A stretch of DNA of 64,000 nt, from positions 248,001 through 312,000 of the forward strand of contig NIVC01000592.1 in the NCBI GenBank assembly GCA_002269645.1, in the 5' to 3' direction. The DNA comes from Macrostomum lignano. Taxonomy: Eukaryota. The notes beneath the pieces were generated by a model that ran no database searches, was not told the origin of the DNA, and worked only from the letters and a program-made list of their open reading frames with translations. This document shows positions 23,001-34,160 of the stretch, piece by piece (within the stretch, counting starts at the first letter, position 1; each line of letters opens with the position of its first letter). Both the position numbers and the translations under genes were made by a program.

Positions 23001-25014
23001 CCCGTGAGCCATAATGGTCAGAGATGTGACCCGTGAGTCATAATGGTCATAATCATGTGACCCGTGAGCCATAATGGTCATAATCATGTGACCCGTGAGT
23101 CATAATGGTCATAATCATGTAACCCGTGAGTCATAATGGTCATAAACATATGACCCGTGAGTCATAATGGTCATAAACATGTGACCCGTGAGTCATAATG
23201 GTCAGAGATGTGACCCGTGAGTCATAATGGTCATAATCATGTGACCCGTGAGCCATAATGGTCATAATCATGTGACCCGTGAGTCATAATGGTCATAATC
23301 ATGTGACTCGTGAGCCATAATAGTGATAATCATGTGATCCGTGAGTCATAATGGTCAGAGATGTGACCCGCGAGTCATAATGGTTATAATCATGTAACTC
23401 GTGAGTCATAATGGTTTATAATCTGAATCATGTAACTTGTGAGTCATAATGGTTATAATCATGTAACTCGTGAGTCATAATGGTCATAATCATGTGACCC
23501 ACGAGTCATAATGGTGAGGCCTGTGAGTCATAATGGTCATAAATGTGACCCATGGGTCATAATGGTCATAGGCACTCACTAAGGGCATTGATGCGACCCA
23601 AACTGGTCAAGAAAATGGACAAATAACCACAAATTTAAAAAAAGGTCAGAATTATCACCTTTTCCAGCTCCTGAGCCCACTCCCTGCGCTGGTGCTCTCG
23701 CTCCTCAGGTGACATGGCCTGCAGTCTGTCAGCTTCCTCCTGTTGGCTATCTCCAAGCCCATTGTCACCATGATCGCCCTGGTCACCATAGAGACCTGGA
23801 TCTATAAAGCAAGAAAGTGGAAACCTCTTAGGATTTTTTTAGAAAAAAAAGGCAGTAAACAAACTTTAATAATTGACTTGGATTTTTCTTCTGTTCTATA
23901 GATATATAATAAAATAATCATCGAATGGTCTACAAGCTACATATTAAGTTGTAGCACTCAGAACACTGAATGCCAAGTTTGAGTCTTGGTGGGACCCTGT
24001 GCCAATGATTTTTATTTATCTTTAAACTTAGACATGCTAAGTCTAGGTTTGGAGCCTAGATTTAAAACTTGTCTGTATACTTGTTCATGGCTGCCTTAGG
24101 TAGAAAATATTTTGCCATCTTTACAACTTGCTTGATATCTAATGCAATTATTTTACACTTGTCAGTATCAGCATTAGGCTCATAAGTTTGAGGTTAATTA
24201 TATTTTTCTAATGCAATGCAAAGGCACTAATTAAATTACTAATTAAATTATTTAAGGTCAATCTATCAAATTAACTATTTTTTGTCCTAGAATCATTTTT
24301 CTTAATTGTTAGCTAGCACTTTTAAGGCTATTAGAATAATATATCACTGATTCTAAATGGGTCAGCAGTATAAAAGTATACTCATATTATATTATAAAAT
24401 AATAAAATATAATTGCTATAAAACTATAGCAAAGTAAAGCAATGAAAATGACTTAAACAATCTGAAAATTGGCTGAAGTTTTTTTATATATTATGATACA
24501 ACTATTTTCATTGGCCAAAAATTATTTCTATATATACTTCTTAACAGTCAAATAAATCAAATGGTAATCAATAAAAAAGAAAATTATTTTATTTTATATC
24601 TAATAACTGAATTCAAGAAACTATATAAAAAATTAAAACAAAAAAATAATAATTAAATGGCTTTATTTTTATAAAAGATTTCAATTACCTTACTCAATAA
24701 CTTATTCACAAAGCTATCAAACCTCAAATTTACTAGTTTAAATTATTTAATTTCACTAAAATAAAGCAGACACTGAGACACATAGAAATAAGCCATCAAA
24801 CCTCAAAGTTACAACTTCAAAATTTTAATTTTACTAAAATAAAGCAAAGTCTTGCATAGAAACAAAAATAAAAACATTTTTGGAATCAAAGTATAAATAT
24901 AATATAAATAAAAAGAAAAATAGCTGTCTATCATTGAAATCAATGTGAATATAATGCACTGTTATATTATAATTCACGCATCAAAATATTACCCTGGTAG
25001 TTAGTGTTGTCCAT
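10132..25014 (-). CDS. TPD52: Tumor protein D52 family coiled-coil protein (~198 aa), five coding exons
   Basis: Exons 25014-24993 (MDNTNYQ, phase 1), 23801-23659, 18645-18509, 14261-14099 and 10263-10132 (TGA); 597 nt in total, all GT-AG and in phase. Diagnostic sequence: [15 protein letters not shown]|[34 protein letters not shown]...YQRTASAAK...[18 protein letters not shown]...K|[16 protein letters not shown]. This is a family-level call; paralogue identity is not resolved. Confidence 0.92.
10992..11075. repeat. (GACA)n microsatellite
   Basis: Seen directly, just 3' of the nested ORF. Confidence 0.95.
11096..12361 (-). CDS. Intronless 421-aa Leu/Arg/Ala-rich, probably all-helical hypothetical protein nested in TPD52 intron 4
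   Basis: Uninterrupted, non-repetitive ATG-to-TGA ORF. It uses the same GC3-rich codons (CTG, CGC, GCC) as the recognisable genes here. A TATA-like TATATATAAG lies ~85 nt upstream. I do not recognise the family. Confidence 0.75.
   Translation of the reverse strand: MAEHDNDEEDLFAYLSVESLRQFQPSSSSLLTTPDAAVDGSASVRGFHLALLDHCASLRQLPPPADPALLSVLSWFAESPAFVRLLGRLSRALRFRQLARLCRQLESVAPLSSDAAAIAVRLVDTRLPVVRARLLRQLLTGADPRRLALSLARCRFLLRRASQPTQRRLLLPHCRLPDTDAGAAAEAVWRDCLLRRLLAASLLPKPGESPAAACQPRLAARCLLQAGGPSAPAACVAGCLRLLARSDRLDATVHCRLRLLAELTVVQPALLASAADRLTVRDRRRLRCQLAELLPAAGTAAPMLHLLARLACRPSAVWLAERLGSARRLLGQLLAGRPLSEDADLADRLADVARRRLRRRCLDPVLTELDELDDGGGGAAGVALARRCVADLLAALAAGDTAWLAEWGLGCLHRTAWLLGL
12955..13880. 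repeat. ~29 bp minisatellite (CCCCACGAGCCGTGACATCTTAGCAAT) with variable C-run
   Basis: Tandem units seen directly, in TPD52 intron 4. Confidence 0.95.
14395..17432. repeat. ~3 kb (CTTC/CTTT)n polypyrimidine array
   Basis: Seen directly. Rare variants (CCTTGCTTT, CTTCATTT) recur about 1.36 kb apart (~15300 and ~16665), which indicates an internal block duplication. Confidence 0.97.
17930..18440. repeat. 25 bp minisatellite (CAGGGGCGATTCTTCAGGACAGGTT)
   Basis: Tandem units seen directly; the AGGGGCGATT core is shared with the arrays at 46.9 kb and 56.5 kb. Confidence 0.95.
18757..19625. repeat. 30 bp minisatellite (ATAACACACTGAGGAGAATTCATACCCTCC)
   Basis: Tandem units seen directly. Confidence 0.96.
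20285..22395. repeat. 32-37 bp AT-rich minisatellite with two unit variants (AAATCAGTCTTAGCTAATCTAGAGACTAGAAT / AGATAAATCAGGCTTAGCTTATCTAGAGGCTAGAAT)
   Basis: Tandem units seen directly; the short variant dominates to ~20990 and the long variant after it. Confidence 0.96.
23000..23575. repeat. 31 bp minisatellite (GTGACCCGTGAGTCATAATGGTCATAATCAT)
   Basis: Tandem units seen directly; most contain TGAGTCA. Confidence 0.95.
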
Positions 25015-25360
25015 AGTAGCTGGCCAAAAAGTGGAGCTAAAAGTTTAAAACGAACGGACGACCTGTAGAATAAATAATAAATTGACCAATTGACCAATTT
25101 TGAAGCTTCAAACCCGCTTTTACTTCAGCTTAAATATAGTTTCTTCGAAAACCGTTTATCGTGGGTTTGGGTAGAAAAACAAATGAATCATGTCACTGTA
25201 TGTAAAAAGCTCTAAAGTAGGCAAATACGCCCAGAATTTTCAAAAAAAGTTACAAGCGGAGTTAAAAAACTATTTTTCAGACAATCAGAGTTGATTTCAG
25301 TTTGTGAGACGGATATTTTAACTCTAGGAGTCTAGATAGATTAGCAAGCAAGGACGTTAG
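24977..25360. promoter_or_regulatory. Putative promoter/TSS window, possibly shared by divergent TPD52 (-) and presenilin (+)
   Basis: About 12 CpGs in ~380 bp, flanked on both sides by CpG-depleted DNA. It overlaps the first TPD52 coding exon, and the two genes diverge across this interval. No transcript evidence. Confidence 0.4.
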
Positions 25361-26139
25361 CAAGCTGTAATGTCTACACTCTGGCTAAGAATACCAACAC
25401 TATTTTCAAATTGATTGTTAGAAGGAATAGCTTGGAGATTTACCATTCTCATCTTACCATCTCTCAAGAGCAGATTTATTTAGAGGGTGGCCACTTCCCC
25501 TTTGTGGCTGGCAATGATGGCGCCCCTTTTCTTTGGGCTGGCAGTCCTAGATTTTTTTCTGAACTATTTATAAGTGATTAACTCCAAAACAGTGAAGATG
25601 TAGAATAAAAGTGTAAGAAAACATAAGCATAAAAGTTGCTTGACTAAAATAACTTTACATTGTCTATAAGCTCAGTTCTTTATCAAAAAGGTATTTTTAT
25701 CTTTAGTTTCAACTTCAATATATTATAGCACCTCCACTCTTATGCAGTATGCTATGTTAAAATCTGCCCCTCTTCATTTTATATTTCTAAATCTATCTCT
25801 TTATATAGCATTTATAGAGCTAAAATTGTTCATTGCATTATATGACAATAAATTATTGATTGTCCTATAACGATAGGCCTAATAATAATAAATAAAAAAA
25901 TAATAAATGAAATAGGCCTATACATGATGTGATAAATTGTATGGATTTCATTAGGCCTATAACTAACTTTATGGTCAATATTTTTTTGTTTTAGTATTAA
26001 CTTGTTAAATAAATAATTTTATGTAAATTATCAATCTGTTATTTTAGGCTAATACTAGCAATCTAGCCTATTTGGCTAATTTGGGGAGTGCAAAAATGAA
26101 AATATAAAATATGGCTGAAAATATTAAAGAATGGACCTA

Positions 26140-26345
26140 TGCTTCCAGTAAGCCTTGATATCTCAGCAATTCCCCTATAAGCCTTGACATCCTAGCAATT
26201 CTCCTATAGGGCTTGATATCCCAGCTATTCCCTCCATAAGCCTTGACATTCCAGCAATTCCCTATAAGCCTTGACATCTCTGCAAATCCCTCCATAAGCC
26301 TCAATGTCTTAGCAGTTTTCCTAGCAAGTCTTGACATTTTAGCAA
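26140..26345. repeat. Degenerate, CpG-free relative of the ~29 bp minisatellite at 12955-13880
   Basis: Unit CCCCTATAAGCCTTGACATCCTAGCAATT versus CCCCACGAGCCGTGACATCTTAGCAAT. Confidence 0.8.
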
Positions 26346-26819
26346 TTTATCAATGAATATTTTTTTGTTTTATAAGATGCTCCGTTTATGTTTGAGTTGA
26401 ACTTGTGCTTCTTTTGTGTTTATCATAATACTTTTTTCACATATATAGTGATCCTTTTTATAAGCTTTAATCATGAAGCTTAAAAATAATAACAAATTAT
26501 TCTACTGAAATTTGAATGTAGTTGCTGCTTCAGCAGCTCTGTCTGTTTGCATCTGGGCTAGCTTTCATTGATTGATATGCTCATATATATGAATTGTAGC
26601 ACTTATAATTCAACTTACATCACGTCAGTTAGAGTAAAAGTCATGATGTAATTTATTTCTCATTCAGTCAGTGTCAGTCACAATTAAAGTAAGCAGTTCA
26701 ATTATACAATATGAATCAAGTCTTGTGCTAAATGCTTCCACACTGTGTATTTCAGTGGTGCAATTGAATTCAGTGTTAAAATTCATCCAGTACACAGACA
26801 ATAAATAGAAAGCTTGGTG

Positions 26820-27050
26820 TGATGCAATCTATTTTAGAATCAGAATTCAACCAGTCAGTTTTTTCTCTAGCATTTTTACAATGCATTTCAAGTCAAAAGA
26901 GCTACTTGACCTTTGCAAAAAAGCATGTTTCTCAAATATTTAGTCCCTTTAGCATTGAGCAATTTCTTAGCCAAGACCCATGTACCATCACAAAAAAATT
27001 TCTGATTGAACAGTGCAAGTTTGAACAAAATTGGTTAAGCCATTTTTTCT
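26820..27050 (+). mobile_element. Dispersed repeat, probable non-autonomous transposon fragment (copy 1)
   Basis: Aligns by eye over ~230 bp with the reverse complement of 63722-63950 (TTAGAATCAGAATTCAACCAGTCAGTTTT...CTTGACCTTTGCAAAAAAGCATGTTT...CATTGAGCAATTTCTTAGCCAA...GTGCAAGTTTGAA...GCCATTTTTT). Class not determined. Confidence 0.75.
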
Positions 27051-27987
27051 TTTTCTATTATCAATTGCATAGACAGACAGACAGAGACAGCTCAGATTTA
27101 GATTTAGAATATATAGAAGAAGAAGATATAGCTAAATCTTAGAGATTCAATATTATCAAAATCTATAGTACTGCTATTCAAGCATGTAGTCAAGATTTAT
27201 ATTAGGCCTAAGAGGAGGGGGACAGAATATCTCCAATGTTGAAAATGGAAGCAAAATAAAAAGGCAATAAAACAACTCCTCTCCTATCTAGGAGGGGAGA
27301 TATCTATAATGTCCCCCTTTGGCTATACCCCTAGCACTAATAATTTATACTTATAGACTTTTTGATAGGTTACTGCCTATGTGAAGGTATTAGAATTTAT
27401 GAAAGATCTGGATTTTTTTCTTATTAATAAATCTTAATTTAGATTTTTATGCCTATGGCCTATGAATATTTAGTACATGATAGATAGCAAAACTTTAATG
27501 TTGATAGTTTTAATAAACCCTAATATTCAAATAAAGTTGTTTTTATAAGCTTAAATCATGTTTTTATAAGCTTTTTACAAGGTAGGCCCAGCATTCCACG
27601 CTGGGAGTTGGGCTCACCAATGAGGCAGAAGACCTTAATTAGTTCAATAGATGGAATGGCAGCAAATATTTTGTGCTGCTTTGCGCATATATTTATATTT
27701 ACACAAACTGCGCAAGATTCATGAGGGGCCAAGAGAGGTGTGAACAAGTGGCGTGGCGTGATGCTACACCAACCCCCTGGCTTAGCAAGCCAGCTAGCAC
27801 GTTGCGCAACCACCCCACCTCAGCTAGACAGAGGTTGGGGGGGGGGTTCCAGTGCGGCTGCACTGGTGCTGCCAGTTGCATACAGTCTGGCCACCACACT
27901 GGGCAAAAATTCACATTGAACCAATGAATTACTAAAAGCAGTCACTGATCACTTCATGTCACCATCAAAACCAACTCAACCAGCAGT

Positions 27988-28542
27988 ATGTCAGACGCAG
28001 CCAGGGCGCAGTCAGAAGCTGTCAATCAGCAGCAGCAGCAGTCAGGAGCGGAGGGCGAACAGCCCCGCGTTGAAGATGTAGACGATGAAGAAGAGGACGC
28101 TGACAAGCTGCTGCTTTATGGATCCAAGCAGATCATCCGCCTTTTCGTGCCAGTGTCCATCTGCATGCTGTTCGTGGTGTCCATCATCTCCACAGTGAGC
28201 TACTACTCCTCAACTCAGCAGTACCTGCCCTACACGCCGTTCCACGACCAGACAGACGACCCGGGCAAAATTGCCTGGCAGTCAATACTGAATGCTTTGA
28301 TCATCCTGGGCTTGGTCATTGTCATGACCATCGTGCTGATTGTGCTGTACAAACTGCGCTGCTACAAAGTGATCCAAGGCTGGCTGTACGTCACCAGCGT
28401 GCTGATATTGTTCTTCTTCAGCCTCATTTTCTTTGGAGTATTGCTCAGCACTCTGAACTTGGCCTTCGACTACATCACTATGGCTGTGTGCGTCTGGAAC
28501 TTCGGTCTGGTTGGCCAGGTGAGTGCTTAGTAGTGGTAGGAC

Positions 28543-28596
<54 letters not shown>

Positions 28597-30623
28597 CAGT
28601 AGTAGTAGTATCAGTAGTAGTAGTAGCAGTACTGCAGTAGTAGTAGCAGTAGTAGTAGTAGCAGTAGTAGCAGTAGTATTAGCAGCAGTAGTAGTAGCCT
28701 AGTGGTTAGAGCGTCGGACTCACGACTCGACGGTCGGGGTTCGATTCCCAATCCCACTGGAACAATTTGTGTCCTTGAGCAAGACACTTAACTCTACATT
28801 GCTTCAGTTCACCCAGCTGTAAAATGGGTGCCAGCATTAGCTGGGATACTTGAAGGTGTGTGTGGCGACCCCCCCCCCCCCCAGTCCTTGGACTGAACTG
28901 TCATACGCAGCCTTCAGATGCGCCGCACAATAGCTGCGTTCTGAGCTGTCGGTTGCACATCTGGCCCAATTGGGGCAGGTGTAATCAGTTATTATCAATA
29001 GTACAGTATACTAGTACTAGTAGTAGTAGCTGAACCGCATTCCTACCCGCAGGTGGCAATCCACTGGAAGGGCCCCCTCCTGCTGCAGCAGATGTACTTA
29101 ATCTTCATCAGCGCCCTCATGGCCCTGGTGTTCATCAAATTCCTACCCGAATGGACCACCTGGGTGCTGCTGGTGCTGATCAGCATCTGGGACCTGGTGG
29201 CCGTGCTCTGCCCCAAGGGGCCGCTCAGAATGCTGGTTGAAACTGCCCAGGAGCGGAACGAGTCGCTGTTTCCCAGCCTCATCTACTCTACAACTGCCGC
29301 CTACATGTCTGTGGGAACCGCTGAGCAGCCGCAGCAGCAGCAGCAGCATGACGGCAACGTGTCATCCGATCTGGATGAATCTGGCAGCCACCAGCAGCAG
29401 CACCAGGCGGCTGCCCAGGTTCTCAACGGAGGCGGCGGCGACGGCGGAGAAGCCGGTGTTAGCGGCGGTCACGATGGAGGTGCGAATTTTGAGAGTTACA
29501 GAGTACTTCTAGTGCGATGTACTTTTAGTGTATGAATGTGTAAAGCAGCTTCTAATTAGTTGCCTTGCGAGTATGTGCCTCCTAATTTCATGCGATAAAT
29601 AATGCGTTTCTTACATTCCACGCTTCCTCGAATCCGCGCTTTTGTATAAGGGCTGCAGAACTGCCCATGCGCGCTCAGATCTCTTAATGCGCGCTAAAGA
29701 CTCTCAATGCGCACTCAGATCTCTCAATGCGCGCTTAGAATTCTCAATGCGCGCTAAAGACTCTCAATGCGCACTCAGATCTCTCAATGCGCGCTTAGAA
29801 CTCTCAATGCGCGCTCAGAACTCTCAATGCGCACTAAAGAACTCTCAATGCGCACTAAAGAACTCTCAATGCGCGCTCAGAACTCTCAATGCGCGCTAAG
29901 AACTCTCAATGCGCGCTTAGAACTCTCAATGCGCGCTCAGAACTCTCAATGCGCGCTTAGAACTCTCAATGCGCACTCAGAACTCTCAATGCGCACTAAA
30001 GAACTCTCAATGCGCACTAAAGAACTCTCAATGCGCACTCAGAACTCTCAATGCGCACTCAGAACTCTCAATGCGCACTAAAGAACTCTCAATGCGCGCT
30101 CAGAACTCTCAATGCGCGCTTAGAACTCTCAATGCGCGCTAAAGACTCTCAATGCGCGCTAAGAACTCTCAATGCGCGCTCAGAACTCTCAATGCGCGCT
30201 AAGAACTCTCAATGCGCGTTTATCAACCCGCCTTTCAATTATCAAAGTGCACGTAGAAAATGCCAATGCCTGTCATCCGCAGACGGCCCTGACGCAGCCG
30301 GAGCTGGCAGCAACGGCCTCAGAGTCCGCAACAAGGCCTTCCATGACGAGAGCCACGGCGTGAAGCTGGGCCTCGGCGACTTCGTGTTCTACTCCATCCT
30401 GGTTGGCAGGGCCAGCAGCGCCGGCGACTGGAACACCACCCTGTCGTGCTACTTCGCCATCCTGATTGGCCTGTCGCTCACTTTGCTGCTGCTGGCCATC
30501 GGCCGTCGAGCCCTGCCCGCCCTGCCTATCAGCATCACGTTCGGCGTCATCTTCTACTTCCTCACCAGCCTGATCGTGTCGCCGTTTGTTGACGCCCTGA
30601 CTGCGCAGCAGTTCTTCATCTGA
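27988..30623 (+). CDS. PSEN: Presenilin (gamma-secretase catalytic subunit), ~432 aa, three coding exons
   Basis: Exons 27988-28518 (phase 0), 29053-29479 (0>1) and 30283-30623. Motifs [60 protein letters not shown], catalytic [15 protein letters not shown] and [11 protein letters not shown], then PALP and a C-terminal QFFI. The reading frame is intact. Confidence 0.98.
28540..28695. repeat. (TAG/CAG)n microsatellite in presenilin intron 1
   Basis: Seen directly; the same (TAG)n resumes at ~29015 on the other side of the SINE. Confidence 0.95.
28692..28995 (+). mobile_element. tRNA-derived SINE with CORE-like central domain
   Basis: Pol III A box TAGCCTAGTGG (28695) and B box GGTTCGATTCCC (28738). 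28768-28829 (TGTGTCCTTGAGCAAGACACTTAACTCTACATTGCTTCAGTTCACCCAGCTGTAAAATGGGT) aligns with the MIR/CORE consensus as I recall it (TGTGACCTTGGGCAAGTTACTTAACCTCTCTGTGCCTCAGTTTCCTCATCTGTAAAATGGGG). The 3' end is approximate. Confidence 0.85.
29665..30220. repeat. 20-21 bp minisatellite (AGAACTCTCAATGCGCGCTC) in presenilin intron 2
   Basis: Tandem units seen directly. Confidence 0.95.
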
Positions 30624-30974
30624 AAATCTGCTGATACTACTGACTGTGACATTCAGTAAGTAGTATTGGGTTCTTCCCCCTGTTTTTCTAGGCGCACTGA
30701 TTTTAACGTTAATCCAGAATCCAGTTTTCTCCTCCTGTTATTTACTCTGCTGTTTTAACCTGCATCGTTCAGTCTCGGTGTCAGAAATTGTGTCAGTGAT
30801 TTTCTATCTGGATTGCGATTCTATTTAATCTAGCAGGCTTTCTCCTAGCGATTTTTTGTTCTTGATTAATTCGTTATGTTTTGCGGTATGTTAAATATTT
30901 ATTTAATGCTGGATAATGGGCTGCCAAGCACAGTTCATTAAGCAAGTTTTGAATCTTTAAACTGGGCCACCCCT

Positions 30975-33150
30975 GTCTCAGACCCTTAGTCGCTGGGCCA
31001 GCCTCCCAGATCCTCAGACCCTTAGTCGCTGGGCCGGCCTCCCAGATCCTCAGACCCTTAGTCGCTGGGCCAGCCTCCCAGATCCTCAGTTGCTGGGCCA
31101 GCCTCCCAGATCCTCAGTTGCTGGGCCAGCCTCCCACATTCCTAGTTGCTGGGCCAGCCTCCCAGATCCTCAGTTGCTGGGCCAGCCTCCCACATTCCTA
31201 GTTGCTGGGCCAGCCTCCTAGATCCTCAGTTGCTGAGCCAGCCTCCCAGATCCTCAGTTGCTGGTCAGCCTCCCAGATCCTCAGTTGCTGGTCAGCCTCC
31301 CAGATCCTCAGTTGCTGGTCAGCCTCTCAGATCCTCAGTTGCTGGTCAGCCTCCCAGATCCTCAGTTGCTGGTCAGCCTCCCAGATCCTCAGTTGCTGGT
31401 CAGCCTCTCAGATCCTCAGTTGCTGGTCAGCCTCCCAGATCCTCAGTTGCTGGTCCAGCACCCTCCCAGATTCTCAGTTGCTGTGCCACCGCCAGCCTCC
31501 CAGATCCTCAGTTGCTGGGTCAGCCTCCCAGATCCTCAGTTGCTGGTCAGCCTCTCAGATCCTCAGTTGCTGGTCAGCCTCCCAGATCCTCAGTTGCTGG
31601 TCAGCCTCTCAGATCCTCAGTTGCTGGTCAGCCTCCCAGATCCTCAGTTGCTGGTCAGCCTCTCAGATCCTCAGTTGCTGGCCAGCCTCCCAGATCCTCA
31701 GTTGCTGGTCAGCCTCTCAGATCCTCAGTTGCTGAGCCAGCCTCCCAGATCCTCAGTTGCTGGGCCAGCCTCCCAGATCCTCAGTTGCTGGTCAGCCTCC
31801 CAGATCCTCAGTTGCTGGTCAGCCTCTCAGATCCTCAGTTGCTGGTCAGCCTCCCAGATCCTCAGTTGCTGGTCAGCCTCCCAGATCCTCAGTTGCTGGT
31901 CAGCCTCCCAGATCCTCAGTTGCTGGTCAGCCTCCCAGATCCTCAGTTGCTGGCCAGCCTCCCAGATCTTCAGTTGTTGGTCAGCCTCTCAGATCCTCAG
32001 TTGCTGGTCAGCCTCCCAGATCCTCAGTTGCTGGGCCAGCCTCCCAGATCCTCAGTTGCTGGTCAGCCTCCCAGATCCTCAGTTGCTGGGCCGCCTCCCA
32101 GATCCTCAGTTGCTGGGCCAGCCTCCCAGATCCTCAGTTGCTGGGCCAGCCTCCCAGATCCTCAGTTGCTGGGCCAGCCTCCCAGATCCTCAGTTGCTGT
32201 GGCCAGCCTCCCAGATCCTCAGTTGCTGGGCCAGCCTCCCAGATCCTCAGTTGCTGGGCCAGCCTCCCAGATCCTCAGTTGCTGGGCCAGCCTCCCAGAT
32301 CCTCAGTTGCTGGGCCAGCCTCCCAGATCCTCAGTTGCTGGGCCAGCCTCCCAGATCCTCAGTTGCTGGGCCAGCCTCCCAGATCCTCAGTTGCTGGGCC
32401 GCCTCCCAGATTCTCGTTGTTGGTCAGCCTCTCAGATCCTCAGTTGCTGGTCAGCCTCCCAGATCCTCAGTTGCTGGGCCAGCCTCCCAGATCCTCAGTT
32501 GCTGGGCCAGCCTCCCAGATCCTCAGTTGCTGGGCCGCCTCCCAGATCCTCAGTTGCTGGGCCAGCCTCCCAGATCCTCAGTTGCTGGGCCAGCCTCCCA
32601 GATCCTCAGTTGCTGGGCCAGCCTCCCAGATCCTCAGTTGCTGGGCCAGCCTCCCAGATCCTCAGTTGCTGGGCCAGCCTCCCAGATCCTCAGTTGCTGG
32701 GCCAGCCTCCCAGATCCTCAGTTGCTGGGCCAGCCTCCCAGATCCTCAGTTGCTGGGCCAGCCTCCCAGATCCTCAGTTGCTGGGCCAGCCTCCCAGATC
32801 CTCAGTTGCTGGGCCGCCTCCCAGATTCTCGTTGCTGGGCCAGCCTCCCAGATCCTCAGTTGCTGGGCCAGCCTCCCAGATCCTCAGTTGCTGGGCCAGC
32901 CTCCCAGATCCTCAGTTGCTGGGCCAGCCTCCCAGATCCTCAGTTGCTGGGCCGCCTCCCAGATTCCTAGTTGCTGGGCCAGCCTCCCAGATCCTCAGTT
33001 GCTGGGCCGCCTCCCAGATCCTCAGTTTCTGAGTCAGCCTCACAGATTCTCGTTGCTAGGCCACCGCCAATTTCCGAGTTGTTGGTCAGCCTCCCAGATC
33101 CTCAGTTGCTGGGCCACCGCCAGCTTCACAGATCCTCAGTTGCTGGGCCA
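30975..33150. repeat. 27/28 bp minisatellite (CCCAGATCCTCAGTTGCTGG(G/T)CCAGCCT), ~2.2 kb
   Basis: Tandem units seen directly; 27-bp GGTCAG and 28-bp GGGCCAG variants occupy separate domains. Confidence 0.96.
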
Positions 33151-33744
33151 TCACCAGCCTACCAGATCCCCAGGCTGGTCTGATTAATTTAATCCGTCAA
33201 ACAAAACCCCTAATCGTGTTTGCCCTGTGCCGAGCCAGCTATATAAGTTAATGATGCTTGTATGCCGAGAAATTTCATTAGTGAGGCATTGAATTATTGA
33301 CTGTTATGTAATTACAAATTGTTGCTACTGGTTTGCATTATATTTTTTATCCAATGCCCATGCATGCGTTTTTATCCTCGGAAGTTGCTGCGCGTTAATC
33401 AGAAATGTTACCTCTCACTCGCTGTTGCCCCGTTTTGTTATAGTTTGCACTGCTGAATCATGGCGATGCGCTGTAATATTGATTGTCTGGCGTGTTCAGT
33501 ATCGGCCTGTCCTGCGCATGTCCAATTAGTAAATATATTGGCAGTATAAATTTGTTTTAATTCCTCTGTACACAATTCGACAGACAAAGGAAATTTTAAG
33601 TTTGAGTTTAATTTCAAGAGTGTAAGATTTAAGTAAAAATATGGAAGTTTTCAAAAATCACTTGCGATATTACTTTCAGTAGCCTCATTAGAAATGCTCT
33701 AACGAAAATCTGATTCACTTCCTGATTCGATTCGTAGACGTAAG

Positions 33745-34160
33745 AGATTTAGAGAGGAGATTCAGATACACAGGGACATTAGAGTATAGATGTAGATGCA
33801 TAGTGAGATTAGAGAGGACATGCAGGTTAGACAGTGAGATTAGAGAATATATGCAGATAGACACAGTGAGATTAGAGAATAGATACAGATGCACAGTGTG
33901 AGATTAGAGAGTAGAATGCAGATAGACAGTGAGATACAGAGGACATGCAGGTTAGACAGTGAGATTAGAGAATATATGCAGATAGACACAGTGAGATTAG
34001 AGAGTAGATGCAGATGCACAGTGAGATTAGAGAGTAGATACAGATGCACAGTGTGAGATTAGAGAGTAGAACGCAGATGACGGTGAGATACAGAGGACAT
34101 GCAGGTTAGACAGTGAGATTAGAGAATAGATGCAGAAGCACAGTGAGATTAGAGAATTAT
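33745..34160. repeat. Degenerate ~30 bp repeat (GTGAGATTAGAGAGTAGATGCAGATGCACA)
   Basis: Seen directly. Confidence 0.85.

Noticed and set aside
18757-23575. Possible CRISPR-like arrays among the 30-37 bp repeats
   Set aside because: Units are directly adjacent with no unique spacers, there are no cas genes, and the context is eukaryotic introns.
28692-28760. Possible tRNA gene
   Set aside because: It has A/B boxes and an anticodon-like arm but no acceptor stem, and it continues into a CORE domain, so it is a SINE head.
31146-33187. 476-628 aa plus-strand ORFs
   Set aside because: Translations of the 27/28 bp array in all three frames, without an ATG-led unique domain.
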